64,000 nucleotides of DNA from Chiloscyllium plagiosum. Taxonomy: Eukaryota. A model generated the notes under the pieces. That model was given only the letters and a program-made list of their open reading frames with translations, made no database searches and was not told the origin of the DNA. Below, one piece after another: positions 22,470 through 36,223 of this stretch (within the stretch, counting starts at the first letter, position 1; each line of letters begins with the position of its first letter). The DNA lies in the NCBI RefSeq assembly GCF_004010195.1, contig NC_057719.1:47386814-47450813 (forward strand), given 5' to 3'. The translations under genes and the position numbers were made by a program.

Positions 22470-25261
22470 GTAAGTTTAATGCAACTAATTATTTTCATGC
22501 TGCTTATCCAAACTCGGAGCCGGGGTTGTGACGAAATCGTTCCAGTTTAATAATTTAATTTAACGTGTATTTTATATCATTTTAAATTGACAATTGATGT
22601 ATTTCATTGCGGTATTGAAGGAACATCACATCAACGTAAGGAGTAAAACGCTTTGATGCATCTTGTTCTGCAATTTCCTGTACAATAATCCAGTCATGTC
22701 ACGTAGAGTCTGGGTATCCTGTGCTTTCTGGACAACGTGGCTTGGTCTCTTTTTTCCGATCATTTCTATTTCAGCGATTCAAATCTCTATCTCAGTATTG
22801 AATATGCCATATTTTTCATTCTGTTTACGAATATCGCAGTTTAACACCTATTTGGTTCTCAAACCAAAAGGAATGCATTTAAATTGGCATAGACACTCAT
22901 CCAATTTTAGGTAAAGAACCTAATTTTCTGAGTACGCAGAAGTGAAGGCCAAAAGTCTGAGTTGATTTGTGTGTTAGAAATAAAATGTAAATAGGACCCT
23001 AGTAGAAGTTGGAGAATGTAGCGTGTAGTCACCGTTTACGGAGAGGCACATAGTCATATCTGTGTCGAAGCTGCGGTTGAAATAATATATGAACATATTT
23101 GTACTATAATGTTTCATCCTGGCCTATGCAGTAGATAGAATGTGATAGGGTTGACTTAAGGGAATATTCAAGCCTGTAAGAATTCCGTACAAATAGTTAT
23201 TTAAAACTGACACAGTTGCAGCACCAGATCAAATTATGTATATCTTCACTTTTTTTCATAGGAGTACAAAGGGTGTATTGGGGAGAAGTAATAGAAGCCT
23301 GTGTTCACTGGTGGAATTCTTTTAGGCTTGATTGCAGTGGGATACTGAACAGAGCCCTTAGTGTTTACTCAGAGAAAAGAATGCACAATCCTCTTCCAGC
23401 TGTTCCATATTAGAGCACAGAGCCTGCAAGACTTGGCAGCTGTCTGTACTGCCATTTGCTGACAGCCTCCAGTACTGTGCTCTGCTGTTAGGATATTTAT
23501 GCATGGTTTCAGCAAGGAGAAAACTATTCTAGTCTATGAATCTGAAATTATTATGTTGGGGGATGGGAATTTAAATATTTGTGTGCAGTTTTATTTAAAG
23601 TGCAAAAAAGAGCACTAGTTATATAGTTTCAAAATAATACTAACATGACTGCATTTGTACACTAGAAGTTGGGTGTGGAGTCAGAAGAAATATATATTTG
23701 CTGTATAGTATGGATGGGAGAAGCTTGATAAAAACATTCAGTGAGGTACCTGCTCTGTGCAGTCTTTTTAAAAATATAATATTAGTTTAGGAATATAAAC
23801 ACAAATGTTTTTAAATGCGCTACTTTATTGGAAGTTACATTAGCTAGCAACAGCTTATTGCCTCGTGGATTCTTTTCCATGGGTCATCTTTTATTTGATT
23901 TACAATCTACACTGGGTAACCCCACTGTGAAAGGTTATACTTTTTTAAAAAAAAGTTCCATACTACTTTCTTTCTGTGTTCACTGTTTGTACATTGCAAG
24001 ATTATAATTCATAAGGAAGAGATGCAATTTTGTGCCAGCAGTCAAACATGTACATAGTTTATAATTGAATTTCCTCGGGGCAATTCTGAGCAATTGTATT
24101 CAGAGTTATCATGGTTTTGACTACAATGGTGCTGAGTTCCAGAATTGGGAAATAAACCAGGAAACTTTTTTTTTCTGTGCAAATTGAATTTCAATCATTA
24201 GATCTATAAACTGAGATCCTTTCCAAAAGGCTAACATGCCAAGAGCTGGGCTTAAAGTTATTTAAAGAATACAATTTATATACTGTAAGGCGGTTTGTGC
24301 TTGGAGAACTAACTACAATAAACATTTGCTTAAATAATAATTGATGGCTTAAGCAGTTCGGATAAGTGCTTTGAATTGAACTTGTAATATTTAAAACTAC
24401 ATAGTTCCTTGACTTTAGAACTTCCCTAAACAATCTTTAAATCTGGAAAGAGAAGTCCTAAATCTAAATGTGATTGCAAGGTAGAAACTATGGCACTCCC
24501 TCCTCTCCTTGGGCCTAATTTGTGAATGGGATGTAAGCTCTCTCAAATCTTAAATTGCAATTGACACAAGATTTGTGGCCTTTTGGGAGGGAGAGTGTTT
24601 CATATTATTGCCCTTTATGATATGGAAAAGTGGCCTAAATCTAATTTGCCTACGTTCTGGATTCCTCTAAATGAAATAGCTTCTCCAGTTTGAGAGAGCA
24701 AATATACTTTTGTTCATTTTGAACACATGGATTACATCAACCCATAATCTTAAATTTGAGGATAAAACCAGTTTTTGTAACCTGTCGTTCATATTTCTTT
24801 GATACTAGAGTTTACTCTGGCAATCTGTAACTTTCAGAAAACAACATATCCAGGTGTTTTGGTTCCCAAACCTGATGTGCATTATTTCAGATATGATCAA
24901 GGCTTTCTACAAAAGGAAAGTTGTTACTTTATCTCTAGGAAATTGGAAATGTAAAGTTTAACATTTCTATACTTTATGCATATTCTGCACTTGGCTTGTT
25001 GGATAGAGTTCTCACCACACCAGCTCTTCTATCCAGGCTGTTCTTTCATGGAATAGGTTGTTCTGAGAGGTAGTGAAGTTTATACAACTGAGGAGAATTG
25101 ATAACCTAAACTTTAGCTCTAACTTGTGTTGCTTGGCATTCTAAGCTTTGTTTGAATTCTAATCTTGATTTTTCTTGTTTGAGATTTTATACAAAAAAAA
25201 GGGAGATTATCATGTAATGGGATGTGCTATCTTTACCACCTTGGTGATGGCATGAATGTAA

Positions 25262-25445
25262 AAAGCACTAGCCTAATAGCAATGGTGTAACCACTGTCAA
25301 TTGTCTTAAAAACCTGTTTCATTAATGTCCATTAGGGAAGGAAATCTGCCATCCTTACCTTGTCTCGCCTATGTTTGACACCCTCTGAGCTATTAAGGAT
25401 GGGCATTAGGTGCTGACCAGGTCATCGATGTCTACATCCAATACA
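25262..25445 (+). mobile_element. Old SINE fragment resembling LF-SINE-type core
   Basis: TTCATTAATGTCCATTAGGGAAGGAAATCTGCC motif and GGATGGGCA...TGCTG tail; related copy at 44395-44646; family recalled from memory. Confidence 0.5.
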
Positions 25446-25501
25446 CACCTATACACATCAGAGTTTGTAATGCAGAATTGTGGTGAGAATGGTAGCTGAG
25501 T

Positions 25502-26550
25502 AGATAGCCAATTGGATACAGAACTGGCTCAAAGGTAGAAGACAGCGTGGTGGTGGTGGGGGGTTTGTTCGTTCAGACTGGAGGCCTGTGACCAGTGGAG
25601 TGCCACAAGGATCGGTGCTGGGTCCTGTACTTTTTGGTCATAAACTATTTGGATGCGAGCATAAGAGATACAGTTAGTAAGTTTGCAGATGACACCAAAA
25701 TTGGAGGTGTAGTGGGCAGCGAATAAGGTTACCTCCGATTACAATGGGATCTTGATCACATGGAGTTTAATTCAGATAAGTGTGAGGTGCTACATTTTGG
25801 GAAAGCAAATCTTAGCAGGACTTATACACCTTAATGGTAAGGTCCTTGGGAGTGTTGCTGAACAAAGAGACCTTGGAGTACAGGTTCATAGCTCTTTGAA
25901 AGTAGAGTTGCAGGTACATAGGATAGTGAAGAAGGCGTTTGGTGTGCTTTCCTTTATTGGTCACAGTATTCAATACAGGAGTTGGGAGGTCATATTGTGG
26001 CTGTACAGGACGTTGGTTAGGCCGCTATTGGAAAATTGCGTGCAATTCTGGTCTCCTTCCTATCGGAGAGATGTTGTGAAACTTGAAAGGGTTCAGAAAA
26101 GATTTACAAGGATGTTGCCAGGGTTGCTGGATTTGAGCTATAGGGAGAGGTTGAACAGGCTGGGGCTGTTTTCCCTTGAGTGTGGAGGCTGAGGGGTGAC
26201 CTTTATAGAGGTTTACAAAATTGAGGGGCAAAGTCTTTTTCCCTAGATTGGGGGAGTCCAAAACTAGCTGGCATAGGTTTAGCTTGAGAGGGGAAAGATA
26301 TAAAGGGACAGAAACGGCAACGTTTTTACGCAGAGGGTGGTACATGTATGGAATGAGCTGCCAGAGGATGTGGTGGAGGCTGGTACAAATGCAACATTTA
26401 AGAGGCATTTGGATGGGTATATGAATAGGAAGGGTTTGGAGGGTTATGGGCCAGATGTTGGCAGGTGGGACTAGATTGGGTTGGGATATCGAGTTGGCAT
26501 GGACGGGTTGGACCAAAGGGTCTGTTTCCATGCTGTACATCTGTCTCTGA
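25502..26550 (+). mobile_element. CR1 (HER1-like) LINE 3' fragment
   Basis: [20 protein letters not shown] 25752-26192, conserved 3' UTR. Confidence 0.95.
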
Positions 26551-28044
26551 GTGGACTTTGTGGAGGTATTACCACGGGCAATGAACTAGGGAATGGTTAA
26601 TTGACCAAATTGTTTGAATTTAAATTAGACAGCTTAATTTGCATATGTTCAGTGCCTAATCTACAGGGAATATTGCAGTGACTACTATTGGAATGAACGT
26701 AGTGTCAATTGTTTAAGTTTGAATCTGATTCAATGAAAAGGCTAGTAATTGACTGCTTAAAATATTCAAGCTTTTCTAGGTTGTGAATATTCAACAGAAA
26801 AACACTAGCTCTGACCTTTGGGATCATCGTTTGGGGTGATGGATGTTTGTCTGTAGATGTCTGTCAATTATTTTGGGGAAGGTATCTTTTGTTGTTTTTT
26901 TTTAAAATACTGTGATATCTTTGATGTGAATGCTTTTTGTGTTGTGACTTTAAGATTAATGGTGTGATTTAATTATTCTGAAGGACCAAATACATCACTT
27001 TCAGCATATGTTGGCAGTTACAATGTGATATCACAATATAGAAAGAAAGTTGGTAAGAATGTAAAAGCAGTACCTAAAATTTAAAACTCAGAGCATTCCA
27101 AAATCTCTCTCAAGTGCTATATAGTGACAACACAAATGGCATTCTCTACTAATTGGATGCGGCAGTCAAGGAAAAAAGATGTTCTGCTTGCTGCACCAGT
27201 AAGTTTTATATGGCAAATCAACTTCAGTGGCCGTTTAATGCAGTATGTGTAGGCTGTGCATGTCAACAATTAGTGGATTATATTAAGTAACAAATCCCTT
27301 TTGTTGACTACCAGGTAAAGTACTAATCTTACTCAACAAATCTTTGCTTGCAAAATTCAGAATGAAGCTAGGTGTCCATTTCTGTGTCATGGAAGGTTTC
27401 ACTCTGAATCTAGCAAGTTATCTTGTGCAATTCTCTGCTGTTCACCTCATTATATATGCACTATGCCTTTTACAATGCTATGCTCGCACTCGCCAGCAGT
27501 GGAAATACTTGACACTCCAAGAATTTCAGGATTTCTGGCACTTTTTTTTTGACGTCTTTCTTGCACCTGGTCAGATGCTGCCAGCCACAAGCCGCAGTAG
27601 ATGTGGTGAAGGGCAAATAAAAAAAACAAAAGCTTCTGAGTACATATAGGTGGTTTTGGTTGCACTTCATTGGAAATAAAATTACATCAGTAAATGTATG
27701 GCCAGTTAACATCATCTGTCTGATTTAACTGTCATTGTAAGAATGATGTTGCAGTGGTTATCCATTGTTAGTACCTACCATGTTGAACCCTATCAGATAT
27801 AGGCTACTTTTTTTACTGAATGCAGATTGTAGTACATCATCTTGTCATTGTTCAGTGTGAGAGCACTGTGCTGTAAAGTCTTCAGTTATATTGTTTGCTT
27901 TGCTGTTGAACAATAATTAAGAAGCAAACAAAAAGCCACATTTGCTCCTGGGACTATACAAGAAAATCTACCTTTGTTAAAAGACTTTGGCAAACAATAA
28001 TACTTTCTGAGCAGTTAATGTATTCACTCAAAAGTAAATTCTTT

Positions 28045-28235
28045 TGGATGTTAGAAATCTGAAATAAAAACTAAGTGCTGGAGAAACTCTGCAGATCTGG
28101 CAGCAACTGTGATGAGAAACCATTATTTCTTTGAATATGTTCTGAAGAGTCCTGTTCGACGTGGTATTAACTTTGTTTCTGTCTTCACATTTGCTCCCAT
28201 ACCTTCTGAGTCTATTCAGTGCTTTCTGTTCTCTT
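28045..28235. mobile_element. Old decayed fold-back element related to the HHR mini-elements
   Basis: GTGCTGGAGAAACTCTGCAGATCTGGCAGCA left arm, central TTCTGAAGA, degenerate complementary right arm. Confidence 0.5.
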
Positions 28236-29329
28236 AGTTTATTTATTACTAAAATGTTCAGTCTGGTGTTTTTGCTTGCAGTGAAGTTAATGTATCTAAT
28301 ATACAGTATTTTTCAATTTTCTATTTTGATTCTTTAGATTGTGTATACAAAGAACTATACACAAACCAACCTTGCAAATACTACAGATTAGTGGGAGACT
28401 ATTTTAAAAGATATGCAAGCATTAAAAATGTTACAATGGTGCACAGAGTATCAACCATAGCTCAGTTGGTAGCACAATGAATCTGAATGGTTCAACCCCC
28501 ATTCCATGGCTTGAGTATGAGTCAGTTTTTTTTATATACTGCTCACTACCAAGAATGCACCTATGTTGTTGGGAACTGCTGTTTCTCTGAGATGAAGGTT
28601 GAGTGATTGCCGAATCAACCTAAAAAGCCTGAAATTCAGAAGTTGTTTTTTAATTAAAGGTAACTTAATAATTCTTCAATTTCCTTTTCAAAAGGGTATG
28701 TATACATGTATAAATTTCACTCCACAATTCAAATTAATTGGTCTCTCTAGGAGTGTATGATAGCTGAAACTATACTTGAGAGACAAATTTTGAGAACTTT
28801 TTTTAAAATTAGCTTTTATACTAGATCAGTTTGAGATTTTTTGCACACAGGTGCTATCAATACATAAACATCCTAACGGGTACAAATGTTTTTGCATCTT
28901 GATGCAGTTAATGCAACTAGCTGTGCTTTACAAACCTAATTAATTAATTGAGTTAGTGTATGTAAGCCAAACTTTTTTATCATTTTAAAAACTTAGTAAC
29001 TTTATGAAAATAGTATCAATAGGGAATCAATTTTTCTATTATACTGTAATCAAAGGAAAAATATGTCATTAACTTTTGGCAGATAGTGCATAGTCATGTA
29101 ATAATACAAAACTACATGTTTCATATAAAGCAGTCAGTTGTCTCAATCAGGAAATAACAACACATTTTATAAAAACTGAAATGGGAAATTGCTTGGTTGA
29201 AACCCTATTCAAGTGTTTAGATTTTTAAAAAAAAAATGTAAGCACTAGAGAGAAATTCTTAAACTGGTTTAATTTTTCATTGAATAATGAGTTTATTTCT
29301 AACTTGATGTCCAAATAGTTTGGCTCTCC

Positions 29330-29540
29330 ATTCATGGCACATGATTCAGGGCATGTACTGGTGGAATTTGTAGGGAGAGAAGCTGAGTTAATGATTCAGG
29401 TCTATAACTGTTCACTGGTTCTGATGAAAGGTCAGAGGCCTGAACTATCAATTCTTGTGTTCTGTAGATGTTGCCACACTAGCTTCGATTTGAGCATTTT
29501 CTGTGTATGGCTTTCCAGTATCTGCAGTATTTTGTTTGGA
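29330..29540. mobile_element. Old decayed fold-back element with HHR remnant
   Basis: CTGATGA-A-AGGTC-AGA-GGCCT-GAAC at 29421-29445; tail TTCCAGTATCTGCAGTATTTTG. Confidence 0.55.
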
Positions 29541-31021
29541 CATTAATCTTTTCATAAATTATTGGAAAGTTTTACATCCTTGATGTGGCTGGTTTATTAT
29601 AATAAGCCAAAATTTCAATTTTCATGTTAATATTTTTGTCATTGCATTGCACATCTTTTAAATCTGTAACCTATCAATTTGAGATTCTAGTTTTATTGGT
29701 CTTTATTGTCTTCAATCGGTTTCTATTCATTGGAGTAGACTAACATGAGTTGAAATTGAAGATAAGGATTAAGTATTTGTGATGGAGTATGTTGATTTCT
29801 CATTGTTTTGCAGAATTGTAATTTCAAACTAGAAAGATTTTGGGCAATGTTTATCTTGCAATCTCTGTGCATATAGAGGTGGACTAAAATGGGGACTTTA
29901 GTCGTCAACTGAAAACCTTTAAAATTACAGTAGGTTTTTTGCGACAGAATTAATGGATGTAAATTTATTTTTGCTATTTTGGAGAGGAGACTAGGTTAAA
30001 TTTCTTGCCTGCTTTTTTTTTATTGAATGTTGGAGTTTAGATTTATTGGCAACTGTTTTTATAAGTAGATTAAAATTAAGTTCTTTATCATGTATACGTA
30101 ACTCTATTAACTCCATTTTTCTTGCATCCTCTTGAAGGCACTGATTCCTTGACTATGTGCACAGTTGTATGGACACTATTGTCTTCCTATACTTTCAAGA
30201 TAGCTGTAATGCCTTCACAATAAGTGATCACAAACTTCCAGCAGGGGACAGTAGATAACAAGCAGGCATGGCAAGGTGAGTCATCATGTGCTATTACAGA
30301 GAGAATGTTATTGCTCTTCTGATCTGGTCAGCACGTGCTCCAAACAGCTGTTCCACCACCACCCCATCACCTGTCACCTAAGACCTATCACATAAGAAAA
30401 TTTTGCCATAAGAGCTGATACTTTTTTTTTTTCAATGGCTGTCTTGCTAGTGTGCCCTTGGCTGGATACTCCACTATTCCTCCTTTTAACATTGTCTATA
30501 TTATAAATTGATGACACCACAAATATGATTTGATTGGTTTGTCTGTGCCAGCTTCCTGCTGGAGCCTTAGGCCCACTCATCTGCATTTTCCTCATGGCCC
30601 TCAATTTTTCTTTGCAGATATATCTAAGTGTTTTTGAAGACTCCAGGGATGTAGTTAGATGCAACATGTATGTACTTCTGGAAGTTTTACAAATTCTCTT
30701 TCATGATTTTGTTTATTATCCATCACTGAAGTTGGATCCTGGTGTTCTCAGTGTAACTAGGGTGAAACTGGGATGATGTGTAGGCTGGACCAGGAAGGGT
30801 ACCATGTTCCTGAAGGGCATCGCTGAATCACTTGGACTTTTATGATATTTAAGTTGCTTTTTATTTTTTTTTAGTAATCCATCAAACGAGTACTTTTTTT
30901 ATTTTGCAGCTTTTACTTTTGTTAACCAGTGTTGAATTTGACCTTGTGCCTCCAAGGTTACTGGTCTGTGACTATGACCATGACGTGTGTCATTGCAGCA
31001 GAATCAGAGTGGAAAAACATG

Positions 31022-31106
31022 TCTCTCTCTCTCTCTCTCTCTCACTCACTCACTCACTCACACTCACTCACTCACTCACTCACTCACTCACTCACTCACT
31101 CTCTCA
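31022..31106. repeat. (CT)n + (CACT)n microsatellite
   Basis: Direct observation. Confidence 0.95.
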
Positions 31107-32290
31107 AAATCTGTCCTTTATATTCCTTGAATGTATTTTGTGAATTGCCTCCGCTACTTGTGATAGAAAGTTCCCCAGACTTCCATCTGAGTGAAGAAGT
31201 TTCTCCTAATCTCCTCTCATAGCTTGAAATAGCCTATCATGTATCCTGAGATTTTGGTACCTTGTTCGGGATCCCCAGCTAGGACAACATTATCCTTGCA
31301 TCCTTCGACCAGCCATGTCAGAATTGTATAATTTTTCAATGAGATCCTGTCTCATTCTTTTAAACTTCAGTGTATACCGGCTCAGTTGATCCAATTTTTC
31401 CTTCTACAATAGACCCACCATCCAGGGATCAGTTTGGTGAACCTTTGCTGTGCTCCCTACATGGCAAGTATATCTTGGATAAAGAGATCACAACTGCATA
31501 ATCTACTCCAGATGGGGTTTCACCAAGGCTATGTACCAGCTACAATAAGACATCTTGCTCCTAAACTCAAACACTCTCTTTCAATATTGACCAAGGTACT
31601 ATTTGCATTCCTAATTGCTAGTTGGCTTCCTAGAACAGGGTACAAGGAAAATGGGTGGGTGCTTTTTCTAATCTGTCACCATTTTAATTATACTTTGCCA
31701 TTCTGTTTTATTTCTCTGAAAGTGCCTATCTTCACACTTCTGCATGGCAAATATAGTATAACATTGATTTGCCCACTTTGTTAACTTGGCTAAATTAACC
31801 TGCAACCTCTTCCTCCTAGTTTTGTGTTGTCAACAAACCTGAATTATTAAATTTGATTTTTCTCATCCAAATCATTGCGATATCCTGTGAATAGAATACA
31901 AGAGGCACTTCGGCCTATTGTGTCCATGCCAGCTGTCAATTACCTATCTGTTCTAATCCCATTTCCACCACTTGGCCTGTAGCCTTGTATGCTATAGTAT
32001 TTTAAAAGGGCTCTGCATCTGCAACTCTTTTTTGATCAGAGTTTTAGAAATCCACAACAATGTATAAAAACAAAAATTCCTCAAAGTTCTTTTAAACGTT
32101 CTGCCTTTTGCAGAGTTTGTTGATCCCTCTACTAAGAGGAAAAGCTGCTCCTTATCTACCGTGTATTTGCCCTTTTATTTCTTCATCAGATCCCTGCTGC
32201 CACCTTGAGCCTTCTCTGAACTAAGGAAAATAGCCCCTGCCTATCTCATTTCTTAGCTGAATCACTGCTGCCCAGGCAACAACCTGGTAA

Positions 32291-32564
32291 AATAGTATAA
32301 AACAAAGAACTATGTTTCAGGTGTTCAGCATCCAAGTAGCACATTTCTGGAGAAACTCAGCAGGTCTGGCAGCATCTGTGGAGAGAAGATGGAGTTGATG
32401 TTTCAGAATTTCTGAAGAAGGATCACTGGACTCTGGAGAGAAAACAGTTAACTCTTAGAGTCCAGTGACCCTTCTTCAGAAGTTCTGAAACATCAACTCC
32501 ATCTTCTCTGCACAGATGCTGCAAGACCTGCTGAATATCTCCAGCAATTTTGGTTTTTGTTTAT
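32291..32564. mobile_element. Fold-back HHR-derived mini-element (family 3)
   Basis: 88-bp arms 32347-32434 / 32457-32544; CTGAAGAAGG(A/G)TCACTGGACTC in both arms; degenerate TSD AACAACCTGGTAA / AACAGCATGGTGA. Confidence 0.75.
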
Positions 32565-32963
32565 AACAGCATGGTGACTCTCTGCACTTTCCCTAGTGCA
32601 ATCCTTTCTGTAATGTGAACTGGGACCCAAATGTTGATATCTGCCACTTGTCATTGCCTCCCATTCTGAAAGTGACTCCTTTTTATTCCTGTTGGCTGTT
32701 TTTGCCTGCTAATCAATTTTCAATTCGTAACAGTATATTGCCACCAACCATGTATTTTGATTTTGTGCAATAACTCATTATGTGGGACTTTATCAAAGCT
32801 TTCTGAAAGTCTAAATACTCCAGATCCACTGGTTCTCCATGATTTAGTTACATCCTCAGAAAACCTCCAATAGCTTTGTCAAGCACAATTTTCCTTTCAT
32901 ACTCCATACTGACTTGATGTAATACTGAAATTCTAGAAATGTTCTGTGTTCACAACCTGTATA

Positions 32964-33267
32964 GGGTGGCAAGCTGGCTCAGTGGTTAGCTCTGCTGTCT
33001 TTCAGCACCAGACACCCAGGTTTGATTCCAGCTTCGGATGACTGCAAGCTCTGCAGAGACGTTCTTCCCATGTCTGCATGAGTTCCTCCCCGTGCAGTTT
33101 GTGGGTTGGCCATATTAAATTGTCGCATAGTGTCCGGGAATGTGCAGGCGAGGTGGAATAGCCTTGGGAAATGCAAGGTTACAGGAATGGGTAGGAGGGT
33201 GAGTATGGGTGGGATGATGTTTGGAGGGTTGGTGTGGCCTGCTTCCATATTGCAGGGGTTATGATTC
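32964..33267 (+). mobile_element. HE1-like tRNA-derived SINE (diverged)
   Basis: TGGCTCAGTGGTTAG A box, GGTTTGATTCC B box, similarity to 13596-13905. Confidence 0.8.
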
Positions 33268-35059
33268 AATAATAAAACTCTCAACATTTTTCCTACTACT
33301 AATATTAGACCAACTGTTCTGTAATTGCCAGTTTTCTCCCTCATGTTTTCCCTCCAAACCAGGTTACATTTGCAACTCTAGTCTGCTGGGATTACTTCAG
33401 AAACTAGAGAAATTTGGAAAGTGGCAACACAAACATTCACTATCCTTTTTTAGTACCCTAATATGTCAATTATTGGGTCCTGGGGATTTATAAACTTTCT
33501 GTCCAACTTCTCTCTTTCTGCACTTTTTTTGCTAATACGGATTTTTCCTTCTTGCCAAAATACCCTACCTGAGCATTTTTTGTTTTGAACATATTGTGTC
33601 TTCTGTCAATACAGCAACTAGTCAAAATTGCTCATCTGTTTATTGACTTACTATTCAGTTCTCCTGTTTCAGATTACATTTGTCTTCACTTTTCTTTTTT
33701 GTACTACTGGAGCTGCATATTGTTTTTCATCCAGTTGACTGCTTGTTACTGCTCCCTGTGGATTCTATCACCATCTCCAGGCTATCTCCTAGAATTCTAT
33801 CAGCTACAACTCTGAACATCTCAACCATGAATCCAGAGTGTTCTTTCCAATGCTGTTGAATGACCGTGTGATTCTTAAGGGAAACCCCATTCTTGAAGGG
33901 ATTTGGTCCAGCTGACTTTTGTCTATAGGTGACTCGGGAGGGTTCAGAATGACTTCGCATGTTGAGGTTGACACTTTACCGCATATCTCAGATTTTCATT
34001 TACTGCTTTTGTTTTTTATTTTATATGTGGGAATCAGTGTGGTTCTGCTTCCTTGACTTCATGACTTGCGATAGTAATGATGAAGGCTATTCTATATTTT
34101 GTTTTAGCAGATCTTATTTTGGAATTGCTTTCATCGAACCAGTTTTGATAATGACTATACTTGAGCCCAAAGTAGACTCGTACAGCTGACTTACCACCAG
34201 AACAATGGGGTCAAATGGAGTCGGATGTGTGAAGGGTTTCCATATTGGGCTGCTTTAAAGCTGAAATGTTGACTTATTGTCGCTTTGGCTATTGAGCCTT
34301 GCGACTGCCTAATGCCAGATGGATGCTTTTTATTGATTTTAAAAGTCTATGTTCAGCAGACATCAGTTCTTCCCCACAAGGGTCAAGTGAGATGGTCATC
34401 AGCTAGCTCCTTGATCCAGGGCAATGATGTATTCCCGTAGGTGCTGATGCTTTAATCTAGGATGTTTCCATGTGGTTTAGTATCTTTTTCTTCTAGCAAG
34501 AGAGGGTGTTTGTTATAATGAGACAATGCTGTGTACACTTTCAGGAGCAGGATGCCATTTTCACAGCTGTCTTAATTTTCTTTTCAATGGTTTCTCTACA
34601 GACATTAGTCACTGTCAATGCTGGTATTAAAGTCTCCCAGAAGAATTATCTTTTCTATTAAAGTTGGTAAGCTATTTTGGGATGGCACTGGAGACATTTC
34701 TTCAAGGGCCAAGGCATAAGCACTGATTGTAGCATATTAGTTATGCCTTTGTTGATGAAGTGTCAAAAACTGTGAAGTTCTAGCAGTACATGCAAGACCC
34801 TGAACTGGCAAAGCTTTTTTCAGTAGGAAGTGTAATTGCTGCTTGTTTCCTAGGATGGGAACTCCTTACAGAGGGCAGCAGTGCTAATCTTAATTTGGGT
34901 GACTTAATTGCAATTCTTTCTAGATGATGATTGATATTTGGCAATTGTTCTGACATTCTAGGAAATAATTTTTTTTTTCCTTGTTCAAGAAGATGGTGAT
35001 CCTAAAAGGTGTGGTTACCCAGCAAGGAGCAAATAGGGCAGCCTATCTTTAGAACATCT

Positions 35060-35670
35060 TGTGACAAAGCTGCTCCTTTATCAAGGTTGTGTAATCCTTG
35101 GTGGGTTTTTTTATGGTCATAAATGACAGACTCCAAAAAATCTGGGGTGTAGGATTTTAGTGCCAGTTTGATAATAGCTAACAGATACTGCCTCAGGCAG
35201 AGGTTTTCAACTTTTAAAAGATATACTTGTACAATGCAAGGGGAGCGGCCAGTTCGCCCAGCTCAGCTTTTCTCTGGTTTGTTTTTTTTAGCAGTTGTGT
35301 GAAGAAAGGCTGCTGGACCCAAAGAAGCAGGTCCAGGCTGGTACTCCCTCCCTCTCTCTCTTCAATCGTATAAGATCTTGTGGTGGATTTTACCTTTTGT
35401 GCCAAGGTGTGTTTCTGGGGATTGTTGCAAGTATTTGGAACAGCATCATTAAGTTGGGATGATCTGTTGGGTTTGCAGAGAATTCATTATTTGGTATTTT
35501 GTTTTGTCGTTTGTGTTTCATCCGGCAATTTTGCAAATAGATTGTTTTAAACAAAACAATGGTTTGGCTAGCTGATTCTCTCCTGGAATATCCACTTTAT
35601 ACCTGTTTAAAAACAAAGTTAGGGTCTGGGCTAACTTAATGTTTTGAGGGATCTGGTCTGGTCCATAACA
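35060..35670. mobile_element. Solo LTR (611 bp)
   Basis: TGTGAC...ATAACA termini flanked by perfect 4-bp TSD ATCT (35056-35059 / 35671-35674). Confidence 0.75.
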
Positions 35671-36223
35671 ATCTTTTGTTACAAACCTCTTACTCCTCTT
35701 TAGCCCCTTCTCCTCCTCAGAGGCTTAATGAGTCTGGTTAACATGGAAGACATTTGGATGCAGTCATTATTCATACAATCTTAGTTTGTTGGAGATCATG
35801 TTTCAGTAATGTCAAACCACAATGATCAGAACCGCCTTGCTGCAGAAGCCTGCTTTCATCTGGCAGCTAAGAGAGGCAAAAAGACTTTCTTTATTTGCTC
35901 TGCTATTAAGGACATTTTGGACCACTTTTTGTAATCTGGAGGAAAATTCTCCAAGTTGAAATCACACTTGTCATAAAGGAAGTTCATTCTGGTGGTTAGA
36001 GGTCAGTCATCACTGCTACAGAAACTCCTCCAGGGTAGCATCCCTGGTCATCTTCAGTTGCTCCATCAATGACGTGCCCTCCATCACAAATAAAGATGTT
36101 CGCTGATTACACAATGTTCAGAACCATTCATGACTTCAAGTACTGAAAGCAGTCCATACCAAAATGTAGCAAGATATGGACGATATCCAGGTTTTGGCTG
36201 GCAATTGGCAAGTATAATTTAGG

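Larger units (their letters stand above)
31170..33500 (-). mobile_element. Cluster of old CR1-clade LINE fragments (nested)
   Basis: Degenerate reverse-complement RT motifs (e.g. DFQKALIK near 32785-32810, TGNYRTV near 33315-33335). Confidence 0.6.

Noticed and set aside
22470..22531. C-terminal 20 aa of ORF 22274-22531 (KFNATNY...)
   Set aside because: Read-through into the intron past the GTAAGT donor; similarity to SAMD4 ends there
23412..23483. Possible pre-miRNA hairpin
   Set aside because: Only short paired segments with large asymmetric bulges; no recognisable mature miRNA
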